64,000 bases of DNA from Octopus bimaculoides (taxonomy: Eukaryota). Both the position numbers and the translations under genes were made by a program. Shown here one piece after another: positions 26,983 through 40,257 of the stretch (the stretch's first letter is position 1; each line of letters starts with the position of its first letter). Location: the NCBI RefSeq assembly GCF_001194135.2, contig NC_068992.1, positions 10,777,833 to 10,841,832 of the forward strand, given 5' to 3'. The notes beneath the pieces were generated by a model, which saw nothing but the letters and a program-made list of their open reading frames with translations, was not told where the DNA came from and searched no databases.

Positions 26983-28156
26983 ATAAGTACCCATGTCAGT
27001 AGAAAACTCAACTGCTTATATTCCTGTCCAATGAGCAGGTAGTTCAGATGAGCAAATAACTGACTCCATATAGTCAAAGCAGAGAAAGATCCATTTTCTT
27101 TGCATACAAGTTGGGCTGGGAGAGTACAATCCTTTAAAGGGGTTATATTCCTTTAAAGTATTGTGTAAAATAACCAGTATGAACAATGAAGTAGAAGATT
27201 CAGTAAAAATAGAACTTCTGTTGCAGACCCAACTTGAAATGACCTTACTACCGTTCTATTATGCTTGAACAAAATTGATCTCCATCTGATCTCAGAATCT
27301 GAACGAAGGTTAAAATTCATAAATCAAAGTTAAGGAAAATGTCTGAAGAGTATAGAAGACCTGTTGTTGTGGACTTGCTAAAGAAAAAAAATCAATATGA
27401 TTAAGATGGATGAGGTGAGATTGATTATTGTTGTCTAATTAGTATAAACAGTACAGCACTTCTTAGCACAACAATAGGCTAAGCTAAATTGTGAAATTGA
27501 AAGCAATTAGTTGTTTCTTTTAGCTAATTTGTTTGATTCAAAATTCCATGATGTACATTGCCAAATTTTACAGATTTATTCTTTGATTTTATTTTCCCTC
27601 CGTTGGATGATTCATAGTCTAAATTTACTGCAGTGTATTTCCGAAAACTTTTGGTTCAGCTTAATAACATTGCCATCGTGTCTTATGCAGCATAGACAAC
27701 AACTGTGTTTTCTTGTCTTCTCCAAATAGACATATTTTTATAGATTTTTAAAGGGAGGTTTTAAGTAAAAGGAAAATAGAAGTTGTAACATCCATACATG
27801 TATTCTATAAGAGTGCTACTGCCATGAAATTAATGAAATATGTATGATATGAGATTTCATTGTATGGCTGATGATGATAGGTTAAAATGACAAACATAAA
27901 TCCCAAAACTATTTTGCATGGATCTATGAACTGAGATACATATTTTGAGTTTATTAGGAATTGTATGAAAATCGAAGATGGAAGTATATGAAGAGGTTAA
28001 ACATAATTTTGATATATTTCAGTATTAAGTTAAGCAAATTTGGCATTGAAACAACTGATAAAAGAAGTTGGGGATTTCAAGGGCAGACAACTAGGCAAGT
28101 GTTCAAGTCAGTGGATCATGATAAATTGAATAATGCTTTACATAGTGTATTGAAGA

Positions 28157-28543
28157 GTGGAGGCGTAATGGCCCAGTGGTTAGGGCAGCAGACTTGCGGT
28201 CATAGGATCACGGTTTCGATTCCCAAACCGGGAGTTGTGAGTGTTTATTGAGCGAAAACACCTGAAGCTCCACGAGGCTCCAGCAGGAGATGGTGTCGAA
28301 CCCTGCTGTACTCTTTCACCACAACTTTTTTTCACTCTTACTTCCTGTTTCTGTTGTACCTGTAATTCAAAAGGCCAGCCTTGTCACACTGTGTCATCCT
28401 GAATATCCCCAAGAACTACGTTAAGGGTACACGTGTCTGTGGAGTGCTCAGCCACTTGCACATTAATTTCACGAGCAGGCTGTTCCGTAGATCGGATCAA
28501 CTGCAACCCTCGACGTCATAAGCGATGGAGTGCCAACAACAAC
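28157..28543 (+). mobile_element. Full-length tRNA(Arg)-like-headed SINE, copy 2
   Basis: Same body; B-box GGTTTCGATTCCC; 12-bp TSD AGTGTATTGAAG (28144-55 / 28544-55). Confidence 0.93.
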
Positions 28544-28739
28544 AGTGTATTGAAGGAGTAAAACTTTTTTTTTTCACTTGCTGGATCTAAAGTAGGCATG
28601 GGTAACCCCTTTCAAGAAGAGGGCAAGACACAGCTCATTATCAAGTAAGCTATACTATTAAAAAAAACTGAAGGTAATTTTTCATTTAGACATACCAATG
28701 AGAAAGTCTCATGAACAGCAAGTTGCCTGTGATTGGTTT

Positions 28740-29060
28740 AAAGAAAGGGGTACTGCCTACGACCATTATAGACCCTCTAAAACTGGCAAGGTCAATACTG
28801 TTAATATTCTTCTTACATGATTGTGAGTTGATGTTTGCAAGAAAGTCATGAACAAAGAATTCCAGAGAATGTCTGAGTGGAAGAATTGGCTATAGTGTTT
28901 AGTGTGTGTCTTGAGGGTTGGGCAGAACTTAGGTGATGAAAGGAGAAAAGATGGTTGTGTCAGAGTGGGCTTGAGTGGAAGTGACACTAGATCAACTAGT
29001 TCTGAGGAACAAGGGCCATTAAAGCGATAGTATGGAATCATATTGTACTAGAATCAGATA
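28740..29060 (-). mobile_element. Degenerate CR1/Jockey-like LINE ORF2 C-terminus
   Basis: YYRFNGPCSSELVDLV..TLKTHTKHYSQFFHSDILWNSL resembles the FYRYY.G.CSSEL..RT..YS.SFF..LWNSLP terminus. Confidence 0.72.
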
Positions 29061-29793
29061 CGAGAGATGTGAATTATTCATTCACTGATACCATTCCATT
29101 CTAACACTCACCCAACTTCTTCCAACCAAATGGACTGTAACCAATAACCAAATAACATAATTATACCATATGAATGATTGCACCCAGAGGATGTTGATAC
29201 AACAATAGATATGTGCTGGGATAAATTTGCAACCAATAAGATCTTTATTTCAAGTGAGAACAGAGTGAAGCATTTATTACAATTTATTACATTCAAAAGT
29301 CATAGCAGCCAAGACTAGTTAATAACAGGAACTGTTTTCAAAAAACATCTGAAGCAAACATCAACTTGCATATGAAACCAATGATGAAAATGATAATAAT
29401 TACTTGCCATCAACATTGCCAAGACATGGTAATTTTTATTCATGGTAGAGTGTGGTCTAACAGAGAATAATACCTTAAATAAATGCACCAAATACATTAA
29501 TGTAAGAAAAGAAAAATAATCTGCAACTACACTTCAGTAACAACGACAATAAATTTTAAAACTTCTCCTTAGCATTTAGATTAAACAATATAAAGAGATA
29601 TGGAACTATCCTCATCCTTCAGAAATACCAATCTTAATAGCTAAAGTGGTTGACAATATTACTATAGATTACTGTTATTTGTAGTCACTAAGAGAACCTA
29701 ATGTTTCAACACACGTGCATATACACACACACACACTCTCTCTCTCTCACACACATACACTCAGTCAAACCATACATGAAAAGCAGATGTTAA

Positions 29794-29824
<31 letters not shown>

Positions 29825-31239
29825 CAACGACGACGATGGTGATGGTGATTATAATGATATATTTTTACAAGAATAGTGATGACAGCATTATCTTTTGGAC
29901 TGTAGCACTTTTGTGTTTGTCTTGGCTTTATATAGTCTCTGGTAAAGTTTCTTTTTTCTGGGGTAAGTGGAGCACATTTGACCGCTGATTATATTGTAGG
30001 ATAAGTTCTGATGAAAAGATACTAAAAAGGCTTTTACAAATTAAAGTTGGAGTTGTGCTATTGTTCAGGATTCAGTCATCAATGTAAAACTTTGCAATCA
30101 GGTGTGTTTATTTGGGTGTGTCAGCATAGAGACTATATAAAGCCAAGACAAACCCAGATGTACCATAGATGGATGAAGGCTAAGCAAACCAAAACTTCAA
30201 AGTCACTGTCAACACTATTCTTATAAAAGAATAATATATATTCAACAAAAATGCATTGAGAATTTCTTGACAATAATGTAAAATTGCTATTATAATAACT
30301 TAACATAAAAACAAACATTAACACACACACACAAATATGTACGTATTCATACATATATATGTATATACACAGACACACACCTCATGCATACATACACAAA
30401 CATTCACGTACATACATACATACATACATACATACATACATACATACATACATACATACACAACTACAGAAATAAATTCAAACGTCATTTAATACTTTTA
30501 ATCTTTGGCTACATTTTTCACTTTTTATCTGTTTGTATGGTTAGTTGTCTTCCTTGCTTGTTTGTAAGCCTTCCTTCCTTTTAAGATATGTTACCTTTTA
30601 TGTAAGGCAAAACAACACCTAACACTTTTCTGGGAAGTCTTTTAAAGCTTCTTTCTTTGAAATTTGTCCATGCATCAAATGTTTGGTATAACAGTAACAC
30701 AAAAGAACTATTATTATACAACATAGATTTGTCTAGGCAAAATTCTCCGCCTTTTGTAAAGAACTGTCTATTGAGAAAACTTTCTCATTCTGTGTAAAAG
30801 AATGGTCTATCAAGACGAAAACAACTACATGCTGTTGTTAACTATTGTGGTTGTTGTTATTATGTCTGTTATAGCATTTATATGTATTTAGTTGAGAATT
30901 TGAAATTTCATGCTATCGTTATGCTAACTTCCTTGCAATACAAGCATTAGATGATTAATGATTGTACTAAGGAATTTTCAAACCGATAAATATGGTTTTG
31001 ACTTGATTTCTGTTCAAATATTCTCTCCTCTATAATGATGTTATTGATGACGATTATGAAACTTTTATATTGTACAGGAAGCCAGCAACTGTTCTTTTTA
31101 CTATGCTATGTGAGATTTCAGTGGACTGTTTTACAATATTTTACAGATAAACCAGAGTGCTAAGAGTATGGTATATTTTTACAAAGTATATATCTTTTTC
31201 ATAACGCTCAGAAAAGGCAGTGAGCAGACCGAATCGTAA

Positions 31240-31430
31240 GGAAGCTGGGGAAAATACTTAGCAGCATTTTGTCCATCTTTTACATTCAGAGTTCAAATTC
31301 CATCAAGGTTGACTTTGCCTTTCATTGCTTTGGGGTTGATAAAATAAATACCAGTTGAACATTGGGGTTGATTTAATTGACTTAGTCTTCCCTTAATCCT
31401 CCTAGTTTTGTGCCAAAAATTGAAAGCAAT
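31240..31430 (+). mobile_element. Same-core SINE copy
   Basis: GAGTTCAAATTCCATCAAGGTTGACTTTGCCTTTCATTGCTTTGGGGTTGATAAAATAAATACCAG. Confidence 0.78.
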
Positions 31431-32034
31431 ATTTTAACACTTGGAATTTATTTAAAAAATAAGTTTAGCTTTTTTAAAACACTGAGGTAGTCAATGATTT
31501 CTGGTGGTTAGTTGTAGTGTGGCGTATGTTTTGGATATATAGTGTTCTAAATACTGTTTCCAATGATTATTATTGATGGATGTAATTTCTGGAAGTAAAT
31601 TGAAAGAAAACATAGATTGTCATGTGCCTGAGGAACAACAAAAATCAAAACAATAATGTACGTATTGGTTCTTAATACATTCTGACAGATTTTTAACCTG
31701 AATATGCTAATTATTGTATTTTGTCTGTGGAGAACAGCTTATCTATCCATTCAGAATCAAATGAGACACCACCGTCTGTTGACTAGGCTGTGTCTCTTCA
31801 GTCAAACTTACTTCCAGATCAATGAATCTAAACAAGAATTTCGGCTCTTGTTTATAGAAATCAGTGAACAAATTATTTACTGATACATTCTGATGTCCGC
31901 CATACCAACAAAAAATGATTACATGCATGAAGAACAGTGAAAATCAAAACAATGTCATATATATTCATTCTTCATACATTCTAGCAGATTTGAACACAAA
32001 CATGCTAATTGCTGTTGTGTATTGTTTATGGAGA

Positions 32035-32420
32035 GTGGAGGCGCAATGGCCCAGTGGTTAGGGCAGCAGACTCGTGATCATAGGTTCGTGGTTTCGATTC
32101 CCAGACCGGGCGTTGTGAGTGTTTATTGAGCGAAAACACCGAAAAGTTCCATGAGTCTCCGGCAGGGGATGGTAACGAACCCTGCTGTACTCTTTCACCA
32201 CAACTTTCTCTCACTTTTACTCCCTGTTTCTGTTGTGCCTGTAATTCAAAGGGTCAGCCTTGTCACACTGTGTCACGCTGAATATCTCCGAGAACTACAT
32301 TAAGGGTACACGTGCCTGTGGAGTGCTCAGCCACTTGCACGTTAATTTCACGAGCTGGCTGTTCTGTTGATCGGATCAACTAGAACCGTTGACGTCGTAA
32401 GCGACGGAGTGCCAACAACA
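32035..32420 (+). mobile_element. Full-length tRNA(Arg)-like-headed SINE, copy 3
   Basis: Same body; 14-bp TSD ATTGTTTATGGAGA (32021-34 / 32421-34). Confidence 0.93.
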
Positions 32421-32434
32421 ATTGTTTATGGAGA

Positions 32435-32870
32435 ACAACTTCTCCTTTCAGACAATGTGTGTTCATAACACACTCAGTTCTTTGAGAAAAGGGAACTTAG
32501 CAAAAACCTTCACTAGAAATCAAATTAGTAGATACTTACAATATCAAACACTGCAAAGAGACCCTGTAGTAATATTTACTGAGTAATGATCTAGAGTAGC
32601 CTCCATATAAATAGCACTGCACTGAGTGAACATTTGCAACTCCGTATTGGGTCCATGCTTTGGCATCTTAAATGCCTTAAAAAAGGCAGATTGTTGTGCA
32701 AAATATTACCAATGAGATGGCAAAGTACAACAGAGTGCAAATATTTCAAAGAGTTTCTTCGTGAGAGAGTGACACTTGATTGAGAGATAATTAAACAGAA
32801 TATAATTGAAGATCGGTTTCTTCTTAAGATAGGTGCAATAGCTGGATTTTTCAGACATTCCACTGAGGAA
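32435..32870 (-). mobile_element. Degenerate CR1/Jockey-like LINE RT fragment
   Basis: ORF 32591-32863(-) LKNPAIAPILRRNRSS..LIISQSSV..KYLHSVVLCHL..NIL resembles the start of the RT domain (A.V.PI.KKG..S..NYRPISL.S..K..E......HL..N.L). Confidence 0.6.
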
Positions 32871-33062
32871 GTACTTAAGATTAGGGTGACTATAAACAGG
32901 GAGACAATATGTCTAAGAGAAGGTTTATAATAAGATTAGTGAGGAAAGTTATCATTTGGAGATAATTTTAAATTAGATTTCGTATCAGCATATAAATATA
33001 TAGATACATACCCCCCCCCCACAATATATATATATATANNNNNNNNNNNNNNCCCCCCCCCC

Positions 33063-33106
<44 letters not shown>

Positions 33107-33198
33107 CATATATATAATATATACATATATAATATATATTATATATATACACATACATACGTATATATACATATAATATATATATATTATATATTATT

Positions 33199-33383
33199 GC
33201 GGGTGACACGTAAAAGCACCCACTACACTCTCTGAGTGGTTGGCGTTAGGAAGGGCATCCAGCTGTAGAAACTCTGCCAAATCAGACTGGAGCCTGGTGT
33301 TGCCATCCGGTTTCACCAGTCCTCAGTCAAATCGTCCAACCCATGCTAGCATGGAAAGCGGACGTTAAGCGATGATGATGAAA
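33199..33383 (+). mobile_element. Young RTE 3' UTR copy
   Basis: ..CCATGCTAGCATGGAAAGCGGACGTTAAGCGATGATGATG; near-identical to 46359-46488(-). Confidence 0.88.
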
Positions 33384-33590
33384 NNNNNNNNNNNNNNNNN
33401 NNNNNNNNNNNNNNNNNNNNNNNNNNNNNNNNNNNNNNNNNNNNNNNNNNNNNNNNNNNNNNNNNNNNNNNNNNNNNNNNNNNNNNNNNNNNNNNNNNNN
33501 NNNNNNNNNNNNNNNNNNNNNNNNNNNNNNNNNNNNNNNNNNNNNNNNNNNNNNNNNNNNNNNNNNNNNNNNNNNNNNNNNNNNNNNNNN

Positions 33591-33630
<40 letters not shown>

Positions 33631-34308
33631 CATACTGACATTCATACACACACACATATATATATAATATATATATATGTATATATGTATGTGTGTGTAT
33701 ATATATGTATATACATATATATGTAGAGAGAGAGAGAGGTAGACAAACAGACAGAGAGGGAAAGAGAGAGGAAGGATGTGAAGTAGGGAGAATGAGTGAA
33801 AGAAGAAAAGGAGAGAGGAAGCGAGAGGAATTCACTTTGTATTCAAATCTTTTCAGGGAATTTTGGGGGATTTCTGTCTTTACTGATCCAAGAATATTGA
33901 TTTTTGTTTTATTGAATTTCTTTCGAAGTGTGATTCACATGAATGGAGATTCTGATTAGATTTTCTGGTTCCATTTTCTTGGAACTGGTTTCATTTTCTT
34001 TCTCTGTAGATGCATGAAGACGTCGTCTCACACACTTGCAGGGTACACATTCTACCGTGTGCATTCCTTTATCTCCCCGCTCCCACCACCGTCCATCCAT
34101 GCTGTCTCCACTGCCACTGCTGCCACCACCACCTCTGCTGCAGCCATCCACCACCACCACCAATGATACCACTGACTGAACAACACTACCAATACTAGAA
34201 GTCTAATGGAAAGTCGATGCTTGATGGGTTCATTCCCTTCCTCTCTGCCTCTTTCTCTCCTCCTCCTCCTCCTCATCATCATCATCATCATTATTGTTGT
34301 TGTTATTG

Positions 34309-34319
<11 letters not shown>

Positions 34320-34340
<21 letters not shown>

Positions 34341-34447
34341 GTCGTTGTTAGTGTCATCATCATCATCATCATCATCGTCGTTGTTAGTGTCATCATCATC
34401 ATCATCATCATCGTCGTTGTTAGTGTCATCATCATCATCATCATCAT
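34320..34447. repeat. 36-bp higher-order unit x3 built on (CAT)n
   Basis: GTCGTTGTTAGTGT at 34341, 34377 and 34413, separated by (CAT)7. Confidence 0.9.
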
Positions 34448-34886
34448 TAATCTTCATCGTTGCCATTTTCGTCCTCTTGACCATCGTCCATATACACTTA
34501 TTTCTCCTCTTCCTCCTCCTCCTCAACATCATCATCAGCATTATCATTATCCCCTTCATTTCATGACCACTTTCCATGCTGGTAGTATGGGTCAGAGGAG
34601 TTGTTCTTCTTTGGAGCTATAGCTCTCTATGATGTGTCAGAGGCCTAAGTCTCTCCCACGCATTTCATTTTGAGCATGTTTTCTATGACAACATTCTCTT
34701 CCTAATCCTAACTACTTTACAGAGAGTATATATCCTAAACATGCTACCACAAGTCTTGCATTTAAAGATATTTGGAATCCAAACTATAAATCAAGATAGG
34801 AGTGGTGTTGATGAACAGAAGATCAAATGCAAAAGGATAGATTGGTCATTTTTGATTGAATAATATAATAAAATAAAAACATACAC

Positions 34887-35025
34887 AGGTATGGCAATGT
34901 GGTTAAAATATTTGCTTCTCAATCACATGGTATCACATTCAGTACCAACTTGTGGCACATTATAACTCTGGAAAGACCAAAGCCATGTGAGAGGATTTGG
35001 TTGACAGAAATTGTAAGAAGGCTTT

Positions 35026-35040
<15 letters not shown>
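34887..35040 (+). mobile_element. CORE-like SINE 5' half
   Basis: GGCAATGTGGTTAAAATATTTGCTTCTCAATCACATGG..ACCAAAGCCATGTGAGAGGATTTGGTTGACAGAAA. Confidence 0.65.
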
Positions 35041-35070
<30 letters not shown>

Positions 35071-35084
35071 AATGTGGCCGATGC

Positions 35085-35169
35085 CAGTGCCCTCTGACTG
35101 GCAACCATGACAGTGGTATGCAAAAAAGCACCCACTACACTCTCAGAATGGTTGGCATTAGGAAGAAGG
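35085..35169 (+). mobile_element. RTE 3' UTR fragment cut by a gap
   Basis: AAAAAAGCACCCACTACACTCTCAGAATGGTTGGCATTAGGAAG. Confidence 0.7.
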
Positions 35170-35569
35170 NNNNNNNNNNNNNNNNNNNNNNNNNNNNNNN
35201 NNNNNNNNNNNNNNNNNNNNNNNNNNNNNNNNNNNNNNNNNNNNNNNNNNNNNNNNNNNNNNNNNNNNNNNNNNNNNNNNNNNNNNNNNNNNNNNNNNNN
35301 NNNNNNNNNNNNNNNNNNNNNNNNNNNNNNNNNNNNNNNNNNNNNNNNNNNNNNNNNNNNNNNNNNNNNNNNNNNNNNNNNNNNNNNNNNNNNNNNNNNN
35401 NNNNNNNNNNNNTATATATATATATATATATATATATATCATCATCATCATCATCATCACCAGGGAGAGGGAACAGCAATCATCTGTGAAGATGGAGCAA
35501 TCACCATGTAAGTATGTATGTATATATGTATGTGTGTGTGTGTGTTTGTGTATATGCATTGGGATGTAT

Positions 35570-35790
35570 ATGTGTGCACATTGAGGTATCTTTGTCTTGA
35601 CATCTTTTGATAGTTGTGAGCCTCACCATCATGCAAGTGATGTCATTTATTTTCGTTCTTCTGTGAAAACATGTCCAACCAATGGGAAATATCACCTAGC
35701 ATAGAAATGGTGAATGTTGGTGATGGGAAGAGCATCCAGCTGTAGAAAATCTGCCCCACTTCCATCTAGCATGGAAAATGGAATGGAAAA
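35570..35790 (+). mobile_element. SINE-like element with RTE-type 3' tail
   Basis: GTATCTTTGTCTTGACATC..GTGAAAACATGTCC..GGGAAGAGCATCCAGCTGTAGAAAATCTGCC..AGCATGGAAAATGG; related copies at ~53005-53230(-) and ~45300-45410. Confidence 0.65.
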
Positions 35791-36121
35791 GCTGTAAAAG
35801 TAAATCTTAAAATGTTTACTGTTATTGTTACTATAGCTGCAAACATTAACTGTAACATTTTCTCAATGATTTATGTAGCAAAAATATAGAACATTACAAC
35901 CAAAATAGTCACAGATCATTAAACTGACATTGCAGTTGACATATAGTTGGAAAATGAGATCTAAGATGGCATTTAGTATTTTTAGGAAAAGATATACAAA
36001 CGTAACTATTGGTGCAAGCATGGCTGTGTGGTTGGCTAAGAAGTTTGCTATAGAGAGCCACATGGTTTTGGGTTCTATCCCATTGTGTGTCAACTTCTGA
36101 AAGTGTATTTTGCTATACAAA

Positions 36122-36164
<43 letters not shown>

Positions 36165-36530
36165 ATATTTATTCGTTTCTTTTATTCGTTTCAGTCATTT
36201 GACTGCACTCATGATGGAGCACCACCTTTAGTTGACTGATACTTATTCAATCAGTCTCTTTTGCTGAAATGCAAAGTTATGGGGATGTAAATACACCAAC
36301 ATCGGTTGTCAAGCAATGATGGGGGGACAAACACAGAAACACACATATCTGACGGGTTTCTTTCAGTTTCCATCTACCAAATCTATTCACAAGACTTTGG
36401 TCGACCCGAGGCTATAGTAGAAGACACTTGCCCAAGATGCCATGCTGTGGGACTGAACTTGGAACCATGTAGTTGGTAAGCAAGCCGCTCATCACACACC
36501 CGCTCCTGCACCCATATATATATACGAATA
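36165..36530 (-). mobile_element. Long CORE-like SINE copy
   Basis: TTTCAGTCATTTGACTGC..GGAGCACCACC..TTTCAGTTTCCATCTACCAAATC..GAGGCTATAGTAGAAGACACTTGCCCAAG. Confidence 0.85.
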
Positions 36531-37905
36531 TTAATGTGAGTTTAGAAGGATATATTATCCGGGTGGCTACTGTGGCGTCTCTCAGTTCTGTTCCAGGTTA
36601 CAGCTAACTGCATCAATTAGTATTTAACGTCTATGACTACTAGGAGTTGTTACTCGTGTTGTAAATTCCTCTGATGCATAATTCCATGCAGTCTATAGTC
36701 TTTATTTTGCCAAGCTGTTTGTAAGAAGTACCATGTGGTCTGTTAATGTGAGACCAGATCAAATAGACTGGTAACAGGGTTATGCTTTTTGCTATATTGA
36801 TAAGTTATTTTCTATCTTGTGGTGCATGTTTACAGTTAGGTGACCTGAGCTCTATGAAAGTTAAATATTTTTTGTATACACACTGTATAGAAACTGTTAA
36901 TAGTCCACTAAACTCCAAGGCCCCGTTAAGGGCTCGATTGATGCCAAGCTATAATGTTATGGTGATGAGTGATTAGGGGGTAAATCTGTATGGAATTCTA
37001 CTCTATGACAGGTAACACTCCCAGATTGTCTGATTCCACTTCTCAACAAATAATGCAGAATAAAAAAGTGGGTATTAATAAACTTAATTAATGATACACC
37101 AACAGCAGATTTCCAACTCATAACCTGTGCACAGGTAGTTCGGTTGATTATACACATTGACTAATGTTAGCTGATGCACTGTAAAGAGCAGTTGCACCAT
37201 GTGATACCAATGAAAGGATATGAATGGCAGGCCTCCCAACTGGCTGGCTGGTTTGGTGGCTGGCTGGCCGGATGTTTCCTTTATTCTATTATGTTCATTA
37301 TCCTCTGCTTTTCTCATATCAATAATACTAAGTTTTATTAAAATATGAATGCTGAAGTAACATATAAATAAATAAATTGAAAATAAAAAAATCCTAAAAA
37401 AGAAATTAGCAACCACAGGACTGATTTCTGAGCATAGAATATATTTGTAAATGAAAAATTATGAGATTAACAGTTAAAGTCTATCATAATAGTAGGTGCC
37501 TTGTGGCAAGATAACAACATTCATAACACCTAAGGATTATGCAACTCATAAAATATATTTAATAAAATCATGGGTATATTTTTGGCTTGAGAAAACTGTC
37601 ACACTCCATCAAATGTAGATTTAATTAGCTTAAAAATAAATGGCAAAAAGAAAAATGAAGAATGGAAGAATGTGATGCATTTTGTAGGCTTGTCTATAAC
37701 TGTTGTTGTACTTAGTTGTCTAAATTAAATTTGTATTGGTATGTTTCATGTGTCAGAGAGTAAACCATAACAGATTTCTTAGGTTGTATATAAACAATAT
37801 TTATTAACTTCTTGGTATATTTGGTTTTTGGGCATTAAGCCACGCTACTATATTCAGTACAGTCCTTCATATAAATAAAGATGGTATAACTATGGGTGAA
37901 TGCCT

Positions 37906-38730
37906 TTAACCTTTCAGCATTTAAACTGGCCATGTCCAGCCCAAATATTCTACCCATTTTATTTTCAAAGTGGCCAGATCAGCACTTTCACACCTATCCT
38001 ACAATGTCAAAGAAGCTTGCTCCCTAACTACATAGTTCTGAATTCAGTCCCACTGCATGGCATCTTGGACAAGTGTCTTTTTCTACAGCCTCAGGTCAAC
38101 CAAAACCTTGTGAGTGGATTTGGTGGATGGAAACTGAAAGAAGCCTGTCATATATATGTCATATATAATATTAAAAAACTGCAATGGTCTTATTCTCCAC
38201 TTGATTAATGGTGGAATAAATTATTATTATGACCAGGAAATCCTGGGTAGCTGCATTTAATAAGATTTGTAGTTTTTTATTATAAGATTATCTTTACTCT
38301 CTTAGTTGATCAAATGCTTTTCTACTTGAAGTATTACCGCACAATTATATGTCTATGTACACACATGTGTGTGTGTGTGTGTGTATGTGCGTGTGTATGT
38401 GTGTGTGTGTTTGCTCCTCTCCCACTGCTTGATAAGCAGTGTTGGTGTGTTTATGTCTCTGTAACTTAACAGTTCAACAAAAGAGTACAATAAATTAAGT
38501 ACCTGAATTTTAAAAAAATAGGTAGTAGGGTTGATTTAATCGAGTAAAATTCTTCAAGGTGGTGCCCCAGCATGGCCATAGTTTAATGACTGAAACAAGT
38601 AAAAGTTAAAAGATATATGAATCATGACTTCGAAATCTCAAAGTTACAAGATAATACAGGATTAACTTTAAAGAATGTGAATAAAAACTGCATTATTTTT
38701 GACAAAGTAATCTGAATGCTAAAGGGTTAA
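37906..38730. mobile_element. piggyBac-type non-autonomous element (TTAA..TTAA)
   Basis: Left end TTAA-CCTTTCAGCATT (37906), right end AATGCTAAAGGG-TTAA (38730); imperfect inverted termini; interrupted by a SINE. Confidence 0.72.
38010..38615 (+). mobile_element. CORE-like SINE nested in a piggyBac-type MITE, with an AT-rich interior
   Basis: AAGAAGCTTGC..TTCAGTCCCACTGCATGGCATCTTGGACAAGTGTC..; tail GGTGCCCCAGCATGGCC..GACTGAAACAAGTAAAAG. Confidence 0.75.
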
Positions 38731-39614
38731 ACAGAGATTTGTTCAATTGAGACTGATCTGGAATTTAAACAACAGTAATAAAGAAACACTGTAGAGAAAA
38801 AATTATTGTAGTGTTGTGTTGTATCCACAGTTCAACTCTAAAATCTCATTCAGAAAAACAAGCAAAGACTAAGGAGTGAAAGTGCAGACAAGTATGGGAA
38901 AAAATGCCTGAGGAACCGAACATTGATAAGGTCACAAGGTGTGATTAAAGGACTTTTGACAAAGCAATTAACTAATTAATTGATTAATTGGTTTGTCAAA
39001 GTTTAATTAAATTGGTTGGTTAAAGTCTAATTAAATAATTAGTTAACTGGTAATAAATCAGAAATGAACTACAATTACTAGTAATATTTTATTGGAAAGA
39101 AAAAAATAAGCAATCCCCAGAAGTCCACCAATATTTGATTCAACTCATAATGCCATATCAACAATTGAGTAAAACACTCAAAAATGAATTGCTTTCTTTT
39201 AAATATGTTTTTTTTAATTATGGATGATAGCAAGGAACATTTTCCACTATGGCCATCCAGAATGTGTGTGCAAAAGTATTTATGAGTATTTGAATGAGAA
39301 CATGTAAATCAAGTTTTATGAATGCATAAATGTGTGTAAATTTTCATGGCATATGTACATATATGTGAGTGTGTGGTGTGTGCGTATATACAGGTATGTA
39401 TGAATGTAAGTGCTTATATGACAGACACACACATACATATATATGTATATATATGCACAAGGAGCCATGTTAGTGTTGATATGTAGTTTTGATTCAAGTT
39501 GGAGTTAGCTCATGATTTTTCAGTTAATTGTTTAAATAATATTTCGTTTTGGGATTTGGTTTAACAGGATGTGTTTAAATAAATGTCACTTTAAATCAGA
39601 GCATATATATTATA

Positions 39615-39675
<61 letters not shown>

Positions 39676-39678
<3 letters not shown>

Positions 39679-39925
39679 GCCAGTGTTTAGTGTGTTGGGC
39701 TCACAATCATAAAGTAGTAAGTGTGATTCTTGGACTGGGCTGTACTGCATTCTTGAGCAAGACACTTTATTTCCTGTTGCTCCATCTCATTCAGAATGCA
39801 GAAATGAGTTGCGATGTTGTTGGTGCCAAGCTGTACTGGCCTTTACTTTTCCCTTGGATACCATTGGTGGCATGGAGGTGAAGTTGCTATGCATGGGTGA
39901 CTGCGAGTCCTCCAGAAACAACTGT
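39676..39925 (+). mobile_element. Second copy of the same SINE family (3'-truncated)
   Basis: TTCTTGAGCAAGACACTTTATTTCC..GCGATGTTGTTGGTGCCAAGCTGTA..CCCTTGGA matches 13900-14241. Confidence 0.75.
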
Positions 39926-40200
39926 GTCGATATAATCGACTTAATCCGTTTGTCTGTTCTTGTTTGTCCCCTCTGTATGTAGCCCCTTGTGGGCAGTAAA
40001 AGAAATAAGAAACGTTAGCATGCTGGGCGAAATACTTAGTGGTATTTCGTCTGTCTTTAGATTCTGAATTCAAATTCTGGCAAAGTCGACTTTGCCTTTC
40101 ATCCTTTCAATGTTGATAAATTAAGTACCAGTTGTATACTGGGGCCAATCTAATCAACTGGCCCCCTCCTCAAAAATTTCAGGCCTTGTGCTTAGAGGAG
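39926..40200 (+). mobile_element. Composite SINE: tail type 1 fused to a truncated head, core and tail type 2
   Basis: ..AGCCCCTTGTGGGCAGTAAAAGAAATA|AGAAACGTTAGC..GCCTTTCATCCTTT..AATTTCAGGCCTTGTGCTTAG. Confidence 0.8.
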
Positions 40201-40257
40201 GAAAAAAATATTTCGTGTATCTGCATGGCTAAGTCAAAGCACCGGCAAAGTACAGGC

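Noticed and set aside
34052-34622. Poly-Asp/Met/Ile ORFs
   Set aside because: Open in several frames on both strands because of the (CAT)n repeat.
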